DNA of 64,000 nucleotides from Microcoleaceae cyanobacterium (GCA_051652765.1 JBOFUV010000071.1:43437-107436); one strand, 5' to 3'. Positions 10,644 through 22,092 are shown, numbered from the stretch's first letter. Made by a program: numbers and translations. The notes: a model not told the origin generated them from the sequence alone.

Positions 10644-11483
10644 CTATCGACAAACCCAACCATTAATCGTAAATCGACTGTGCTCAAACCGACCAGAAGG
10701 ACAACTGATTGGTAGAATTTCATGTTTGCATCGGCTATCGAAAAACACAATGGTATTGTTTCGAGGTTGAATCATTTCAAAGTTTTCTTGAATCTTAGGC
10801 TCTTCCCCTGAAAATTGAGTTTCATAGAGTCTCAATTCTCCTCCATAAAAAGATTTGGGTTCCTGATAGAAATAATAGACGTAGCTGAGGGTTCGAGTCG
10901 GTGCCTTTTCAGGATCAATATCACTGTGAATTTTGTAGAATCCCCCATCCTGATAAACCGTCATTTGCATCTCTACAAAGGAAACTAGAAAACTTGTCAG
11001 ACCCAATTGTTCCAGTACATGAGGTCTAGTTTCGAGGATTTTAAGCCTCATCAATTCGTAAAAATCTGGTAGATTTTTGAACAGTAGAACGAAAGATTGA
11101 CGGTAATTGACTGCTTTGTTAAATATGCCTGCTTCAAAAAATTCTGACTGATGGCTAAAGGCAATTTCTAAAGCAGTTTGATACTCTTCAGGAGATAAAA
11201 AATCATTAATCTGTACAAATTGAGGTGAGACAACCCAATGATTCTCTAATATTTGAGTTGATTCAATCGCCGGAGTTGACCCCAAAGACTGACTCATTGG
11301 AGATGAGTTAAATCGTAATTCCGACTTCTGCTCAATACTTGCCATTGCTAGAACTTTTAGGGCAACGTTTGCCCGCTCTAAAAGGGAAAGCTCAGAATTT
11401 CTCAAGGTTGTTTCAATCAAGTCTACAGATTCAGCAACTAATGCTTGAAATTTTTGTTCGGAAGAGTTTAAATCACCATTCAT
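10644..11483 (-). CDS. 2OG-Fe(II) oxygenase (prolyl-hydroxylase-like)
   Basis: HxD (IHSD), GGELRLY, distal His (KHEI) and RFTINGW. Confidence 0.85.
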   Translation of the reverse strand: MNGDLNSSEQKFQALVAESVDLIETTLRNSELSLLERANVALKVLAMASIEQKSELRFNSSPMSQSLGSTPAIESTQILENHWVVSPQFVQINDFLSPEEYQTALEIAFSHQSEFFEAGIFNKAVNYRQSFVLLFKNLPDFYELMRLKILETRPHVLEQLGLTSFLVSFVEMQMTVYQDGGFYKIHSDIDPEKAPTRTLSYVYYFYQEPKSFYGGELRLYETQFSGEEPKIQENFEMIQPRNNTIVFFDSRCKHEILPISCPSGRFEHSRFTINGWVCR

Positions 11484-11506
11484 TGTTACTTGTTAGTAAT
11501 AGGAAC

Positions 11507-12451
11507 CTACTTTGTCTCTGTCCGACGAAACCAACCATTCAGCGTGAAACGCCCATGTTCAAATTTTTGAGAGGGACAATGAACAGCCATGACCTCGTGT
11601 TTGCAGCGGCTATCAAATAAAACAACACTATTATTTCGCGGTTCAATTGTTTTAAATGGGCCTGCAGCGATCGCACATCCGCCTTTGAATTCCGTCTCAT
11701 AGAGTCTTAACTCGCCACCAGAGAACTTTTTAGGATCTTGATGAAAGTAATACACATAGGTGATAGTTCGGGTTAGGGTTTCAGCACTTCCAGAGTCATT
11801 ATGAATTTTATAGAAACACCCATCATTGTGGGCAGTGAGCTGCATTTCTACTTGAGATACCGTGAATGGGGGATACTCAATTTGTTCTAAAACAGTCGGT
11901 AAAGCCTGCAACAATTTATCCCGCATCAGTTCATAAAACTCAGGGAATAGTGTTGCATAGAGAATTGAAGATTGACGATAGTTATTGGCCTTAGTTGTGG
12001 TGGTAGATGAGACAAACTGATCTGGCTTGTCTAGAGCAATCTTTAAAATTTTCTGATGGTCTTGAGCTGATAGAAAATCACTAATTTGAACAAAGGCTCC
12101 AGGCAAGAAAGCGGATTCAGTCTGAATAACAGTTTGAGTTGAATAAGGAACAGGCTTTAGTTCGGTTTTAACGGGAGGCAATGGCTGAATTGAAGGCTGA
12201 CCTAGAGAATGCGTTAGACTTTGAATTGAACTTTGGATTAAGGGTTGACTGGAGGTTTGACCTAAGGTTTGAACTGGAAGATCCGAAGTTGAATGCTGGG
12301 GAGAAATTCCTGACAGTTCCAACACTTTAAATGCGATCGCGGCTCGATCTTGAGCTGCAATTTCTTGATCCTGCAAAATGGACTCTAATGTCTCAAAAGA
12401 TTGACTCACTAGAGAACCAAATCGCTCCGTTAAACTCAAATGACTTGCCAT
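11507..12451 (-). CDS. 2OG-Fe(II) oxygenase (prolyl-hydroxylase-like), paralog of the neighbour
   Basis: IHND, GGELRLY, KHEV and RFTLNGW. Confidence 0.85.
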   Translation of the reverse strand: MASHLSLTERFGSLVSQSFETLESILQDQEIAAQDRAAIAFKVLELSGISPQHSTSDLPVQTLGQTSSQPLIQSSIQSLTHSLGQPSIQPLPPVKTELKPVPYSTQTVIQTESAFLPGAFVQISDFLSAQDHQKILKIALDKPDQFVSSTTTTKANNYRQSSILYATLFPEFYELMRDKLLQALPTVLEQIEYPPFTVSQVEMQLTAHNDGCFYKIHNDSGSAETLTRTITYVYYFHQDPKKFSGGELRLYETEFKGGCAIAAGPFKTIEPRNNSVVLFDSRCKHEVMAVHCPSQKFEHGRFTLNGWFRRTETK

Positions 12452-12512
12452 ACTACAGCTTGAAGCTTCATCAATTTCTCCTTCTGATTATATCAAGGTA
12501 CGCTGGAGAAGC

Positions 12513-13799
12513 CTAATTCTGTACGTAGTCAGCACGGGTTCCTTTGGCATTAATGGCTTCTTCTAACCGACTCAACCCATGAATATAAGCAGCAGTTCGC
12601 ATGGGCACTGATAAATCTTGACTGATTTGCCAAATTTTCTCTGTTTCTTCAAGCATCTTTTGTTTCAATCGTTGATTCACTTCCTCGGCTGTCCAATACA
12701 ATCCACTCCGGTTTTGTACCCATTCAAAATAACTCACCGTTACGCCTCCAGCATTGACTAAAATGTCTGGAAAAACCTGAATTCCCTGTTGTTCTAAAAT
12801 CTGATCGGCTTCCGAGGTAACTGGCCCATTGGCAACTTCAAAGATGTATTTTGCTTTGATTTCATAGGCATTGGCTTGAGTAATTTGATTCTCCAAAGCG
12901 GCTGGGACTAAAATGTCAACATCAAGGGTTAATAGCTCCTCGTTCGTGAGAATCTCATGCTCCACAATATTGCAGACAGAGCCTTCACAGTAGACCGCTT
13001 TCACACTCCGATTTGATTCCTTGAACTGTCTGACACTGGGAATATCTAGTCCGGCTTTAGCGTAGATTCCGCCCTGGGAGTCACTCACCGCAACTACTTT
13101 GTAACCCGCTTGGGACAAAAGTTGAGCGATTACGGCTCCGGCATTCCCAAACCCTTGAACTGCAACGGTTGTTTTTTCTGGAGCCTGATTTAACTTGGCC
13201 ATCAGGGTTTGAATCACAAAAAAAGCTCCGGTTGCTGTTGCCGTATCCCGCCCCAAACTTCCCCCTAATGTAATTGGCTTTCCGGTCACTACTGCTGGGC
13301 AGAGTTGACGACGAATAATGCTGTACTGATCCATCATCCATCCCATGATCATCTGATTGGTGTAGACATCGGGGGCAGGAATATCAATATCTGGGCCAAT
13401 AAAGTCAGCGATCGCATCCACATAACCCCGAGTCAGCCGTTCGAGTTCAAATTTTGACAACGCTTTTGGGTTAACGGTAATTCCGCCTTTTGCGCCCCCA
13501 AAGGGCAAGTTTAAAACCGCGCATTTAAATGTCATCCAAAATGCCAGGGAAGTAACTTCATCAATTGAAACATCAGGATGATATCGTACGCCTCCTTTGG
13601 TTGGGCCTCGGGTGTCATCATAACGAACTCGATAGCCCTGAAAAATTTTTAGCGCCCCATTATCCATTCGCACAGGAATTGAGACAATCAGGGTGGCTTT
13701 AGGATATTTCAAGCGCTCAATCGTATCTTCCGATAGGGAAACATGTTGCAATGCCCGCTCTAATCTGCGACTTGCATCTATAAATAATGACTCTGTCAT
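12513..13799 (-). CDS. gdhA: Glutamate dehydrogenase (Glu/Leu/Phe/Val family)
   Basis: GPTKGGVRY, GGAKGG, PAPDV, QGFGNAG and NAGGVTVSYFEW motifs. Confidence 0.95.
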   Translation of the reverse strand: MTESLFIDASRRLERALQHVSLSEDTIERLKYPKATLIVSIPVRMDNGALKIFQGYRVRYDDTRGPTKGGVRYHPDVSIDEVTSLAFWMTFKCAVLNLPFGGAKGGITVNPKALSKFELERLTRGYVDAIADFIGPDIDIPAPDVYTNQMIMGWMMDQYSIIRRQLCPAVVTGKPITLGGSLGRDTATATGAFFVIQTLMAKLNQAPEKTTVAVQGFGNAGAVIAQLLSQAGYKVVAVSDSQGGIYAKAGLDIPSVRQFKESNRSVKAVYCEGSVCNIVEHEILTNEELLTLDVDILVPAALENQITQANAYEIKAKYIFEVANGPVTSEADQILEQQGIQVFPDILVNAGGVTVSYFEWVQNRSGLYWTAEEVNQRLKQKMLEETEKIWQISQDLSVPMRTAAYIHGLSRLEEAINAKGTRADYVQN

Positions 13800-13870
13800 G
13801 CTGTTAATGACTAATTAATAACTAATCTAGTTTTCTCTTCATAACATGACAATGTTCATAACTTTGAAGT

Positions 13871-13916
13871 TGTGATTTTTTTATAAGTGATTTTCTTATA
13901 AGTGATTTTCTTATAA
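13871..13916. repeat. 15-bp tandem repeat (GTGATTTTCTTATAA, about 3 copies) upstream of gdhA
   Basis: Read directly from the sequence. Confidence 0.7.
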
Positions 13917-13973
13917 AGTGCACGACATCTCCATTTGCCCCTCTGAGATTGTCTCACAAATCATTACTCTACA

Positions 13974-16900
13974 TTATTCTGAATTCTGAACAATAGACTG
14001 TCCAGCCTCTACCATCTCTGGGAAGGTGTTCTGTATCGCATCTAGCCATGTTAATAAAGACTCTAATTGCTTGGTGGCACTCATTGCTCCTAAGCCCCGA
14101 ACCGTAACCTTGCCTTTACTATAAACAAAGCGGGACTGAATTTGAATCGGCAATTTCTCTTTCAGCAAGCTCCAAGCGGGTTCCTCCATGGGGGTTTCTA
14201 AAACAACATGTTGCTTGCCTGCATCTAAGCAAATCCGAGAAAAGCCAAGTTGTTTAGCCGTTTGCTTCAATTCCATAACTTGAATGAGCTGCTGGGCTGG
14301 AGTGGGAACAGGGCCGTAGCGATCGCACCAATCCTCCTCTAATCGTGCTAATTCATTGCGATTTTGACAAGCGGCAACGGTGCGATAGGCACTCATTTTT
14401 TGATCTAAATCAAGAATGTAATCTGAAGGAATAAAAGCAGTGAGATTCAGATCGATTTGGGTATCTTCGACTTGAGGAATTTCTTGACCTTTAATTTCTC
14501 GGATGGCTTCCTCCAACATTTCGGTGTAAAGATCGAAGCCAATCACATCCATTTGCCCCGATTGTTCGGCCCCTAAAATATCACCCGAACCTCGAATTTC
14601 TAAATCTCGCATTGCCAATTGATAACCTGAACCCAGTTGAGTAAATTCCTGAATTGCCCGCAATCTTTTCCGGGCATCTTCCGTTAAAGCCGCCCGTCCA
14701 TCAGCAGTAATAGGATAAAATAACCAAGCATGGGCCTGCACTCCAGCCCGCCCTACCCGGCCCCGCAATTGATACAATTGCGCCAAGCCAAACCGATGGG
14801 CATCTTCCACCAAAATGGTATTAACGCGGGGAATATCTAGCCCTGATTCAATGATCGTTGTGCAGACTAAAATTTCTGCCTCTCCGGCATTAAAGGTCAA
14901 CATAATCGACTCCAATTCACCCGGTTCCATTTGACCATGGGCGATCGCCATCCTAGCGCTAGGAACCATTTCTCGAATTTTAGCGGATTTTTCTTCAATT
15001 CCTTCAATCCGAGGAACGACATAAAATACCTGTCCCCCGCGATCGAGTTCTTGGCGAATTGCCGTGCGGATGGTTTCATCATTGTACGGAGAAAGGTGGG
15101 TTTGAATTGGGCGACGGGAGGGCGGAGGAGTGGTAATTAAACTCATTTCTCGAATCCCAGACAGTGCCATATAGAGAGTTCGAGGAATGGGAGTTGCTGT
15201 TAACGTGAGCACATCAATATGAGACTTCAAGACTTTAATTTTTTCCTTTTGATTCACCCCAAATCGTTGTTCTTCGTCAACAACCAGTAACCCTAAATCT
15301 TTGAACTGAATGGTCTTACTGAGAATAGCTTGGGTGCCAACAATAATATCAACTTCCCCTGTCACCAACCGCTGCTGAATTTCTTTGCGTTCCCCAGTTG
15401 TTCGAAAACGATTTAACAGGGCAATTTCAATCGGATAAGGTGCAAACCGTTCCTTTAGGGTGTGGTAATGTTGCTGCGTTAAAATTGTCGTTGGGGCTAA
15501 AAAAGCCACCTGTTTGCCAGCCGTAACAGCTTTAAAAATGGCTCGAATTGCAACTTCAGTTTTGCCAAATCCTACATCCCCGCACACCAACCGATCCATG
15601 GGGCGATCGCTCTCCATATCTCGCTTGACATCTTGGGTAGACTTCAATTGATCAGGGGTGGGCTGATAGGGAAAAGAATCTTCCAATTCTTCCTGCCAAG
15701 GGGTATCTACTGGAAAGCCAAAGCCTTGTTGTTGAGCCCGTTGAGCATAGAGTTGTAACAGATCAACGGCTAGTTTTTTAATTGACTTACGAACTTTGTC
15801 CTTGGTTTTTTCCCAGGCTTTTCCAGTTAACTTATTCAGTTGGGGGACGGCTCCCCCCGCACTTCTAAACCGGGACAAACTCCCGACTTGATCGGCAGCT
15901 ACACGCAACAATCCATCAGCATATTGAACCACTAAATAATCCCGAGTTTCGTTGTTAATCGTTAAGCTTTCCAGTTTAATAAACTTGCCAATGCCATGCT
16001 GCCGATGAACGACATAGTCCCCCGGACGGAGTTTATTCGGATCAACTTGCTTGGAGGCAGCCCGACGACGTTTGCGGACGTAGCTAGGGGTGGCGAGGGA
16101 ATGTTGCCCATAGAATTCTCGGTCTGTAATGACAACGAGTCGGAACGTCGGCAGAATAAACCCTTCCAACTCGGCCAATCCCGTGTACTTGAGGGCAACA
16201 GGAGTATTGGGAATCAACCCATCAATAGCAGGATAGTCCCGTGGGTTTGGGACAAATTTGGCGGGACAGTCATGTTCTGACAGCAATGCCACGGAGCGAC
16301 TGGGTTGTGCGGAAACCAGGAAAATGGCGAAATGGCGATCGCGTTCTCCCCGCATCAAATCCGCTAGTTTGCCAAATTGATGGGGGGTCACGGGCAGGGA
16401 ACGACTGGAGAGATTCAGGGGGGTTAAGTTTCGTCCGAGGATTTCCTGGCGGTGTTCTGCTAGTTCGGACAAGTACAACCGATCAAACCTTTCCTCGATC
16501 ACAGCCAAAGAGTCCTCAAACTGGCGATGGAGCTTGTGTGTTAACGCTGTTAACACGGGCTGCGTCTTCCGGAGACTCTGCCACTGCTCTTCAATGTGTT
16601 CATACCAGCGATCGCCATGGGCCGCACACTGATCCGGTTCATCAATGGCCACCAAGGTTAACTCCGGTAAGTAATCCAGCAGAGAAACAGATTGTGCTGA
16701 AGTTCGAGGTTTGAGGGTCTGGGTCTGGAATGCTTCAAGCTCCGAAGTGTCTGCTCCCTGTTCCCAATTCCCCGTTGTCAATGTCCTGTTGCCCATTCCC
16801 CAAGGCGAAAAATCCGTTGGTGTGAGCACTAATTGCTCGATTTTGTCCAAGGATCGTTGGGTAGCTGGATCAAATTCTCGGATTTTTTCTAGCTCATCCC

Positions 16901-17558
16901 CAAACCATTCCAAACGCACGGGCAATTCTGCTGCCACTGGAAAAATATCAACAATGTCCCCTCGTCGGCTCCACTGCCCCTCGGTTTCCACCAAAGCGAC
17001 CCGTTCGTAGCCCAAGGTTGCTAATTTTTCATCTAGGGCTTTAGAACTCCAACTCATGCCCTGTTGCAAGGTCACACAGTAGGGTTTAAAAGCTTCTAAC
17101 TCAGGTAAGTGAGGCTGAAGGGCGCGTTCTGTTGCAACGATGGCAAATCCTTTGGCTTCGTTCCAAGGACTCTGAGTAGAGGAATCACTCTCTCCGTTGT
17201 TTGAGGTGGATTGTGGGGAAGAAGATCGAACTAAATCTGCCAACACCTGCAACTGTCCCCAAGTCATCTCTTCAGCATAGGAGGATTCATAGGGAGAGGC
17301 TTCAGAAGTGGGATAGAAGTGAACGGTTGGCCAACCCATCGCTTCTAACTGAGCTGACCACCGTCCAGCTTCCTCTAACGTTGCGGTGACTACCAGTAAA
17401 TTTAAGCCCGCTTCCTGAGCCAGCGCAGAGGCTACAAGTCCCTTGGGTAAACGAGAAATTCCATTGAGATAGAGTGCCTGTTGCTGATTTAGCTTTGTGA
17501 GAAGCTCACGAGTGAGAGGCGATCGCCTCACGGCTCGGACAATTGAAGAAAAGGTCAT
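13974..17558 (-). CDS. mfd: Transcription-repair coupling factor
   Basis: UvrB-like N-terminus, CarD/RID domain ([13 protein letters not shown]), [23 protein letters not shown] and the TRCF C-terminus. Confidence 0.97.
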   Translation of the reverse strand: MTFSSIVRAVRRSPLTRELLTKLNQQQALYLNGISRLPKGLVASALAQEAGLNLLVVTATLEEAGRWSAQLEAMGWPTVHFYPTSEASPYESSYAEEMTWGQLQVLADLVRSSSPQSTSNNGESDSSTQSPWNEAKGFAIVATERALQPHLPELEAFKPYCVTLQQGMSWSSKALDEKLATLGYERVALVETEGQWSRRGDIVDIFPVAAELPVRLEWFGDELEKIREFDPATQRSLDKIEQLVLTPTDFSPWGMGNRTLTTGNWEQGADTSELEAFQTQTLKPRTSAQSVSLLDYLPELTLVAIDEPDQCAAHGDRWYEHIEEQWQSLRKTQPVLTALTHKLHRQFEDSLAVIEERFDRLYLSELAEHRQEILGRNLTPLNLSSRSLPVTPHQFGKLADLMRGERDRHFAIFLVSAQPSRSVALLSEHDCPAKFVPNPRDYPAIDGLIPNTPVALKYTGLAELEGFILPTFRLVVITDREFYGQHSLATPSYVRKRRRAASKQVDPNKLRPGDYVVHRQHGIGKFIKLESLTINNETRDYLVVQYADGLLRVAADQVGSLSRFRSAGGAVPQLNKLTGKAWEKTKDKVRKSIKKLAVDLLQLYAQRAQQQGFGFPVDTPWQEELEDSFPYQPTPDQLKSTQDVKRDMESDRPMDRLVCGDVGFGKTEVAIRAIFKAVTAGKQVAFLAPTTILTQQHYHTLKERFAPYPIEIALLNRFRTTGERKEIQQRLVTGEVDIIVGTQAILSKTIQFKDLGLLVVDEEQRFGVNQKEKIKVLKSHIDVLTLTATPIPRTLYMALSGIREMSLITTPPPSRRPIQTHLSPYNDETIRTAIRQELDRGGQVFYVVPRIEGIEEKSAKIREMVPSARMAIAHGQMEPGELESIMLTFNAGEAEILVCTTIIESGLDIPRVNTILVEDAHRFGLAQLYQLRGRVGRAGVQAHAWLFYPITADGRAALTEDARKRLRAIQEFTQLGSGYQLAMRDLEIRGSGDILGAEQSGQMDVIGFDLYTEMLEEAIREIKGQEIPQVEDTQIDLNLTAFIPSDYILDLDQKMSAYRTVAACQNRNELARLEEDWCDRYGPVPTPAQQLIQVMELKQTAKQLGFSRICLDAGKQHVVLETPMEEPAWSLLKEKLPIQIQSRFVYSKGKVTVRGLGAMSATKQLESLLTWLDAIQNTFPEMVEAGQSIVQNSE

Positions 17559-17664
17559 ACCGTATTGTTAGAGCCTGAGCAGATAGAATTTTATACAGTT
17601 CAAGCAGTTGTTCTAATCATTCTAAGAAATTCAAGCCACAACGGATATTACTCCTCTTCTAAAT

Positions 17665-19002
17665 ATGGTTTCCTCTCTTAACGAAATTCTGATTCTGCTG
17701 ATTTTGATCCTGATTAACGGTCTCCTCGTTGTCTCGGAAATGGCCATTGTTGCTTCCCGGCGGGTTCGGCTACAAAGCATGGCAGAGCAGGGTAATTCAA
17801 ACGCGAAGGCGGCTTTGGAACTGGTTAATTCTCCCAATCGATTTCTCTCCACAGTACAAATCGGGATTACGTTAATTGGGATTTTTACCGGGGCATTTGG
17901 AGGAGCAACCTTAGTAGATAGATTAGGGCAACAGTTGGCTCAAGTTCCGGCCCTTGTGCCCTACAGTGAGGCGATCGCCCTGACCGTTGTGGTGTTCAGC
18001 ATCACCTATCTTTCCTTGATTTTTGGGGAGTTAGTACCCAAGCGATTAGCGATGAATCGTCCTGAACCCCTGGCCCTGATCATGGCTAAACCGATGAAAG
18101 TTGTATCGGCGATCGCGGCTCCTGCGGTACATGTATTAAGTCTGTCTACAGATTTGGTCTTGAAACTCCTGGGCAGTGAAGTACCGTCCGAACCTCAAGT
18201 GACAGAGGAGGAAATCAAAATACTGATTGAACAAGGAGCAAAATCCGGCATTGTCGAAGAAGCAGAACAGAATATTGTAGACCGGGTGTTTCAGTTGGGG
18301 GATCGTTCTGTTGGCAGTGTGATGACCCCTCGTCCTGACATTATGTGGCTGGAGTTGGAAGATAGCGCCGAAGTTAACCGCCAGAAACTAGGTCTGATTC
18401 CGTTTACTCGCATTCCCGTCTGTCAAGGGGGACTGGATAATGTATTGGGGTTTATTAAGGTCACGGATTTACTCGCTCAATTCCTTGCCGGTCAGCCCCT
18501 AGACTTCACAACCAACTTACGTCGTCCTCTATTCATTCCAGAAACTACGTCGGTGCTAAAGATTTTAGAACTGTTTAAGCAGACCGGAATTCACGCAGGA
18601 ATTGTGGTAGATGAATATGGAGTGATTCAGGGTTTAGTCACTTTAAATGATATCTTTCTAGAACTGACAGGAGATATGCCAACCCTAGATGAAAGCGATG
18701 AACCCCAAATTATTCAGCGAGAAGATGGATCTTGGTTGCTAGATGGAATGTTGCCCGTGGAAGATTTTTTTGAGTTGGTTGAATTGGAGGAAATCGCTGA
18801 GCAACAACCAGGAAATTATCACACGATGGGCGGATTTGTCATTACTCAGTTGGGCAGAATTCCAAACGCATCCGCCCATTTTGAGTGGAATGGTTTGCGG
18901 ATTGAGGTCGTTGATATGGATGGCAATCGAGTTGATAAAGTATTAGTGATGCCAGTAGCACCGCCCCAGAAATCCTCTGAACCTTATCCTAATCTCATCT
19001 AA
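17665..19002 (+). CDS. CNNM/CorC (hemolysin-family) protein: DUF21 + CBS + CorC_HlyC
   Basis: SEMAIV, FLSTVQIGIT, GELVPK, VMTPR and VVDEYG motifs. Confidence 0.92.
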   Translation: MVSSLNEILILLILILINGLLVVSEMAIVASRRVRLQSMAEQGNSNAKAALELVNSPNRFLSTVQIGITLIGIFTGAFGGATLVDRLGQQLAQVPALVPYSEAIALTVVVFSITYLSLIFGELVPKRLAMNRPEPLALIMAKPMKVVSAIAAPAVHVLSLSTDLVLKLLGSEVPSEPQVTEEEIKILIEQGAKSGIVEEAEQNIVDRVFQLGDRSVGSVMTPRPDIMWLELEDSAEVNRQKLGLIPFTRIPVCQGGLDNVLGFIKVTDLLAQFLAGQPLDFTTNLRRPLFIPETTSVLKILELFKQTGIHAGIVVDEYGVIQGLVTLNDIFLELTGDMPTLDESDEPQIIQREDGSWLLDGMLPVEDFFELVELEEIAEQQPGNYHTMGGFVITQLGRIPNASAHFEWNGLRIEVVDMDGNRVDKVLVMPVAPPQKSSEPYPNLI

Positions 19003-19052
19003 GAGTTGTAGATTGAGGATTGTAAATTAGCTGTAGATACTGTACATTACCA

Positions 19053-20285
19053 ATGCCTAAAGCGCTTCAATTTCTTTCACCCCAAAAAGTTCGTCAGGGT
19101 TTAGTTTTATTTTTTTTCTGGGCAGTTTTACCCCTATTTTTAGTTGAGTTTCTGATGATTGTTCTGGAACCCTATCTTTCCCAGGGCATCTATCAATATG
19201 ACCGGGATTTAGGGTTTCGGATTCGTCCCTATGCCAATGGAAATAATCAATTTGGATTTAATGATCGGGATTATCCGTTGCAAAAAGAACCGGGAAAGTT
19301 TCGGATTGTAGTCGTCAGTGACTCTTTTAACTGGGCTGGTGGAAGGGAGAGAAACTATACAACCTTATTGGAAAAACAGTTTGAACACCATTATCAAATA
19401 CCGCAGGTTGACGTGATTAACACAGGCTACCCTGGAACCCATACTGGGGAACAGCTTGCCATGTTAAAAAAGTATGGTTTGCAATACAAGCCTGATTTAG
19501 TCGTTCTAGGGTTTTTTGTTGGCAATGATTTCCTCGATGGTGATCCGAATCGCAAGCGGATTATTGTGAATGATGTTTATGTTGACATCGATCGCCGTAG
19601 AGAATTAGTCGTGTTTGGCTATCCGATTATTGGCCAGTCTCGATTGCTCTTGTTCATTCAGCAAAAGTATAAGGTTTTTCAAGAAGCCGCAAAGTCAAAA
19701 CAATCTAAGATTCCCAACCTTAGATTCGATGACATTTTAGTTGCTAGCTCAACACCACAGGTTCCTTTGAAAATTCATACGGGCATGGAGCAAAACTCAG
19801 CTCAACCTCCAGAACAGTCACCTGGGATTATGTCCCTTAGAACTTTTTTGAAAGTCGAGAAAACTCGTTTGAAATTTTGTGATCGAGAGGACTTGGCAGA
19901 AGGCAAATGGGACGAAAATATTGACTATGTTCTCAGTCAAATTTCAGAAATGAATCATTTACTAAAAGAACGAGACATCGAATTTATTGTTGCGATCTAT
20001 CCCGATGAAATTCAAGTGAATCCCCAATTATTTCAGCAAGTTGCGAATGAATTTGACCTCGATCCCAAAGATTATGAATTGACTTGTATGCAAAGAATTC
20101 TAACTCAACACTTAGACTCTGAGGGAATTCAGTTCATTAACTTGTTAGAACGATTTCAACATGAACAAAAGCAACAACCTTTATACCTGCTGCAAGAGCC
20201 TCATTGGAATTCTGCTGGCAATCAACTTGCTGCCAGTATTTTGTTTGAACACTTAGTTAAAACAACGAATCGTTTTTTGAATTAA
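19053..20285 (+). CDS. Membrane-anchored SGNH/GDSL hydrolase-like protein
   Basis: N-terminal TM helix, SDSF, GND, and C-terminal EPHWNSAGN. Confidence 0.8.
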   Translation: MPKALQFLSPQKVRQGLVLFFFWAVLPLFLVEFLMIVLEPYLSQGIYQYDRDLGFRIRPYANGNNQFGFNDRDYPLQKEPGKFRIVVVSDSFNWAGGRERNYTTLLEKQFEHHYQIPQVDVINTGYPGTHTGEQLAMLKKYGLQYKPDLVVLGFFVGNDFLDGDPNRKRIIVNDVYVDIDRRRELVVFGYPIIGQSRLLLFIQQKYKVFQEAAKSKQSKIPNLRFDDILVASSTPQVPLKIHTGMEQNSAQPPEQSPGIMSLRTFLKVEKTRLKFCDREDLAEGKWDENIDYVLSQISEMNHLLKERDIEFIVAIYPDEIQVNPQLFQQVANEFDLDPKDYELTCMQRILTQHLDSEGIQFINLLERFQHEQKQQPLYLLQEPHWNSAGNQLAASILFEHLVKTTNRFLN

Positions 20286-20392
20286 CCCTCAAGCAGTCTG
20301 AGGAATTCCCCTAGCGATCCTTCAAGAGATATACTTGACCTATAAAACAAGATTAGTATTTTTCACATTGCTATTATATTCTCTGTTTCAAT

Positions 20393-21472
20393 ATGCCCCT
20401 AAAGACTCTAAGATCAATTTTATTTCAGACAGTTGTCATTACCTCAATAACTTTTGTCTTGGCAGAAATCACTTTTAGAATTTATCACAAAGTTAATCCG
20501 ACTTTTGTGTTTGGCGATCGCTCTTACAATCGGTGGCGCGGGAGACCCTATGCCCAAGACTTTGAATTTAAACTCAATTCTCAAGGGTTTAAGGATGTTG
20601 AATTTACGGCAAAAAAGCCAAAAAACACAGTTCGAATTTTAGGAATTGGTGATTCTTTTAACTTCGGAATTGTTCCCTACCAATATAATTTTTTAACTCT
20701 TTTGGAGCAAAAATTAAATCAAGATGTTCAACTGAGTAATCGACAACACATTGAAATTATTAATATGGGAATTCCTGGTTTGGGGCCAAAAGATTATCTT
20801 TCCTTATTAGCAAATGAAGGATTAACCCTGAAACCAGATATGGTTTTGCTGTCATTTTATATTGGGAATGACTTTTTAGACAATCAATTTAAAGCTCAAG
20901 AGCGCAAATGGGACAGATCTTATCTTGTGGCGTTCATTCGCTCTATTGTCAGCCTGAGCACACAATATGAAGGACAAGTTTTTAATCCTGACAACCAATT
21001 AAAATATTTAGACAACCAACCGACTCGCACGGATGAATCCTATCTTAAGGACACGAAGAACAAAAGCAATATGTTTGTAAAAGATCCTGCGGATGACATT
21101 TTTGCGGGTTACTTCAAAGATGCAGTCTCAGATATTGTAAAAATCAAGGAAATTTGTGATCATCAAAATATTCCATTGGTTGTTTTGATTATTCCAGATG
21201 AAGTCCAAGTTGACCAAAAGTTACAATCTAAAATTGCAGAAATGTTTGATGCTGATGAACCAGATAAATTGGATTTTAGATTGACCAATCGCTTATTACA
21301 TGAAGCATTTGAACAGTATGATATTGATTATATTGATCCTTTAGAAGACTTTGCTAAAGCCACAGAAAAAACCCGCCTTTATAAGCCGAATGATACCCAT
21401 TGGAATATTGCTGGAAATGAACTAGCTGCCAACTTATTAAAACTCGAATTAGTTCAAAGAATAGCTCATTAG
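20393..21472 (+). CDS. Membrane-anchored SGNH/GDSL hydrolase-like protein (paralog)
   Basis: GDSF, GND and DTHWNIAGN motifs. Confidence 0.82.
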   Translation: MPLKTLRSILFQTVVITSITFVLAEITFRIYHKVNPTFVFGDRSYNRWRGRPYAQDFEFKLNSQGFKDVEFTAKKPKNTVRILGIGDSFNFGIVPYQYNFLTLLEQKLNQDVQLSNRQHIEIINMGIPGLGPKDYLSLLANEGLTLKPDMVLLSFYIGNDFLDNQFKAQERKWDRSYLVAFIRSIVSLSTQYEGQVFNPDNQLKYLDNQPTRTDESYLKDTKNKSNMFVKDPADDIFAGYFKDAVSDIVKIKEICDHQNIPLVVLIIPDEVQVDQKLQSKIAEMFDADEPDKLDFRLTNRLLHEAFEQYDIDYIDPLEDFAKATEKTRLYKPNDTHWNIAGNELAANLLKLELVQRIAH

Positions 21473-21612
21473 TGAGATAATTGAGTGTCAAAATTACCAA
21501 TCAACGATTTTCTATGGATGAAGAATTGACTCTTGTCTTGAATCTCAACCAAAATCCTATCTGCTGTGATATGGTGGATTTATAAGCATGACATCTTCTT
21601 GATTGGGGGGAT

Positions 21613-22092
21613 ATGTTTAAGGAGTCTCTAATTGTTACTGCGTCAAGGCATCAACGATCTTCTCAAATCAACCGAAGAGCTGTTGTATTAAATTTACAGT
21701 CAGAGGAATATTTTGTTCTAAATCCGATTGGAACTGACATCTGGCTGTGGCTTTCATCTCCTCGAAAGATTCACGATGTTCGTGATGCCGTCCTATCTCG
21801 TTATCAAGTTAGGCCGCAACAATGTGATCGTGATCTCATGAAGTTTTTACTTCAGTTGAAAGAGAGTGGGTTAATCCGGACGATTTCTCACCAATCTCCA
21901 ATTTCCCGGATGCTATTTAGTTTACTGATTCAGTTGCGGCCCCGTGAAAAATGGTTGAGGATTTTTTTAGGGTTTAAGAGGTCTGAGGCAGGGGATAGAA
22001 CTGAACCCTCGATTAAGCTTCCTTATGAGGCTCCCTTGGTCAGCTATTGGGGTTCCAATCTTGGTACAGAGCAGGATGTCTGGATTAGTTAA
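21613..22092 (+). CDS. PqqD-family / RiPP recognition element (lasso B1-like) with C-terminal extension
   Basis: VVLNLQSEEYFVLNPIGTDIW...YQV...DLMKFLLQLKESGLI matches the RRE pattern. Confidence 0.8.
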   Translation: MFKESLIVTASRHQRSSQINRRAVVLNLQSEEYFVLNPIGTDIWLWLSSPRKIHDVRDAVLSRYQVRPQQCDRDLMKFLLQLKESGLIRTISHQSPISRMLFSLLIQLRPREKWLRIFLGFKRSEAGDRTEPSIKLPYEAPLVSYWGSNLGTEQDVWIS

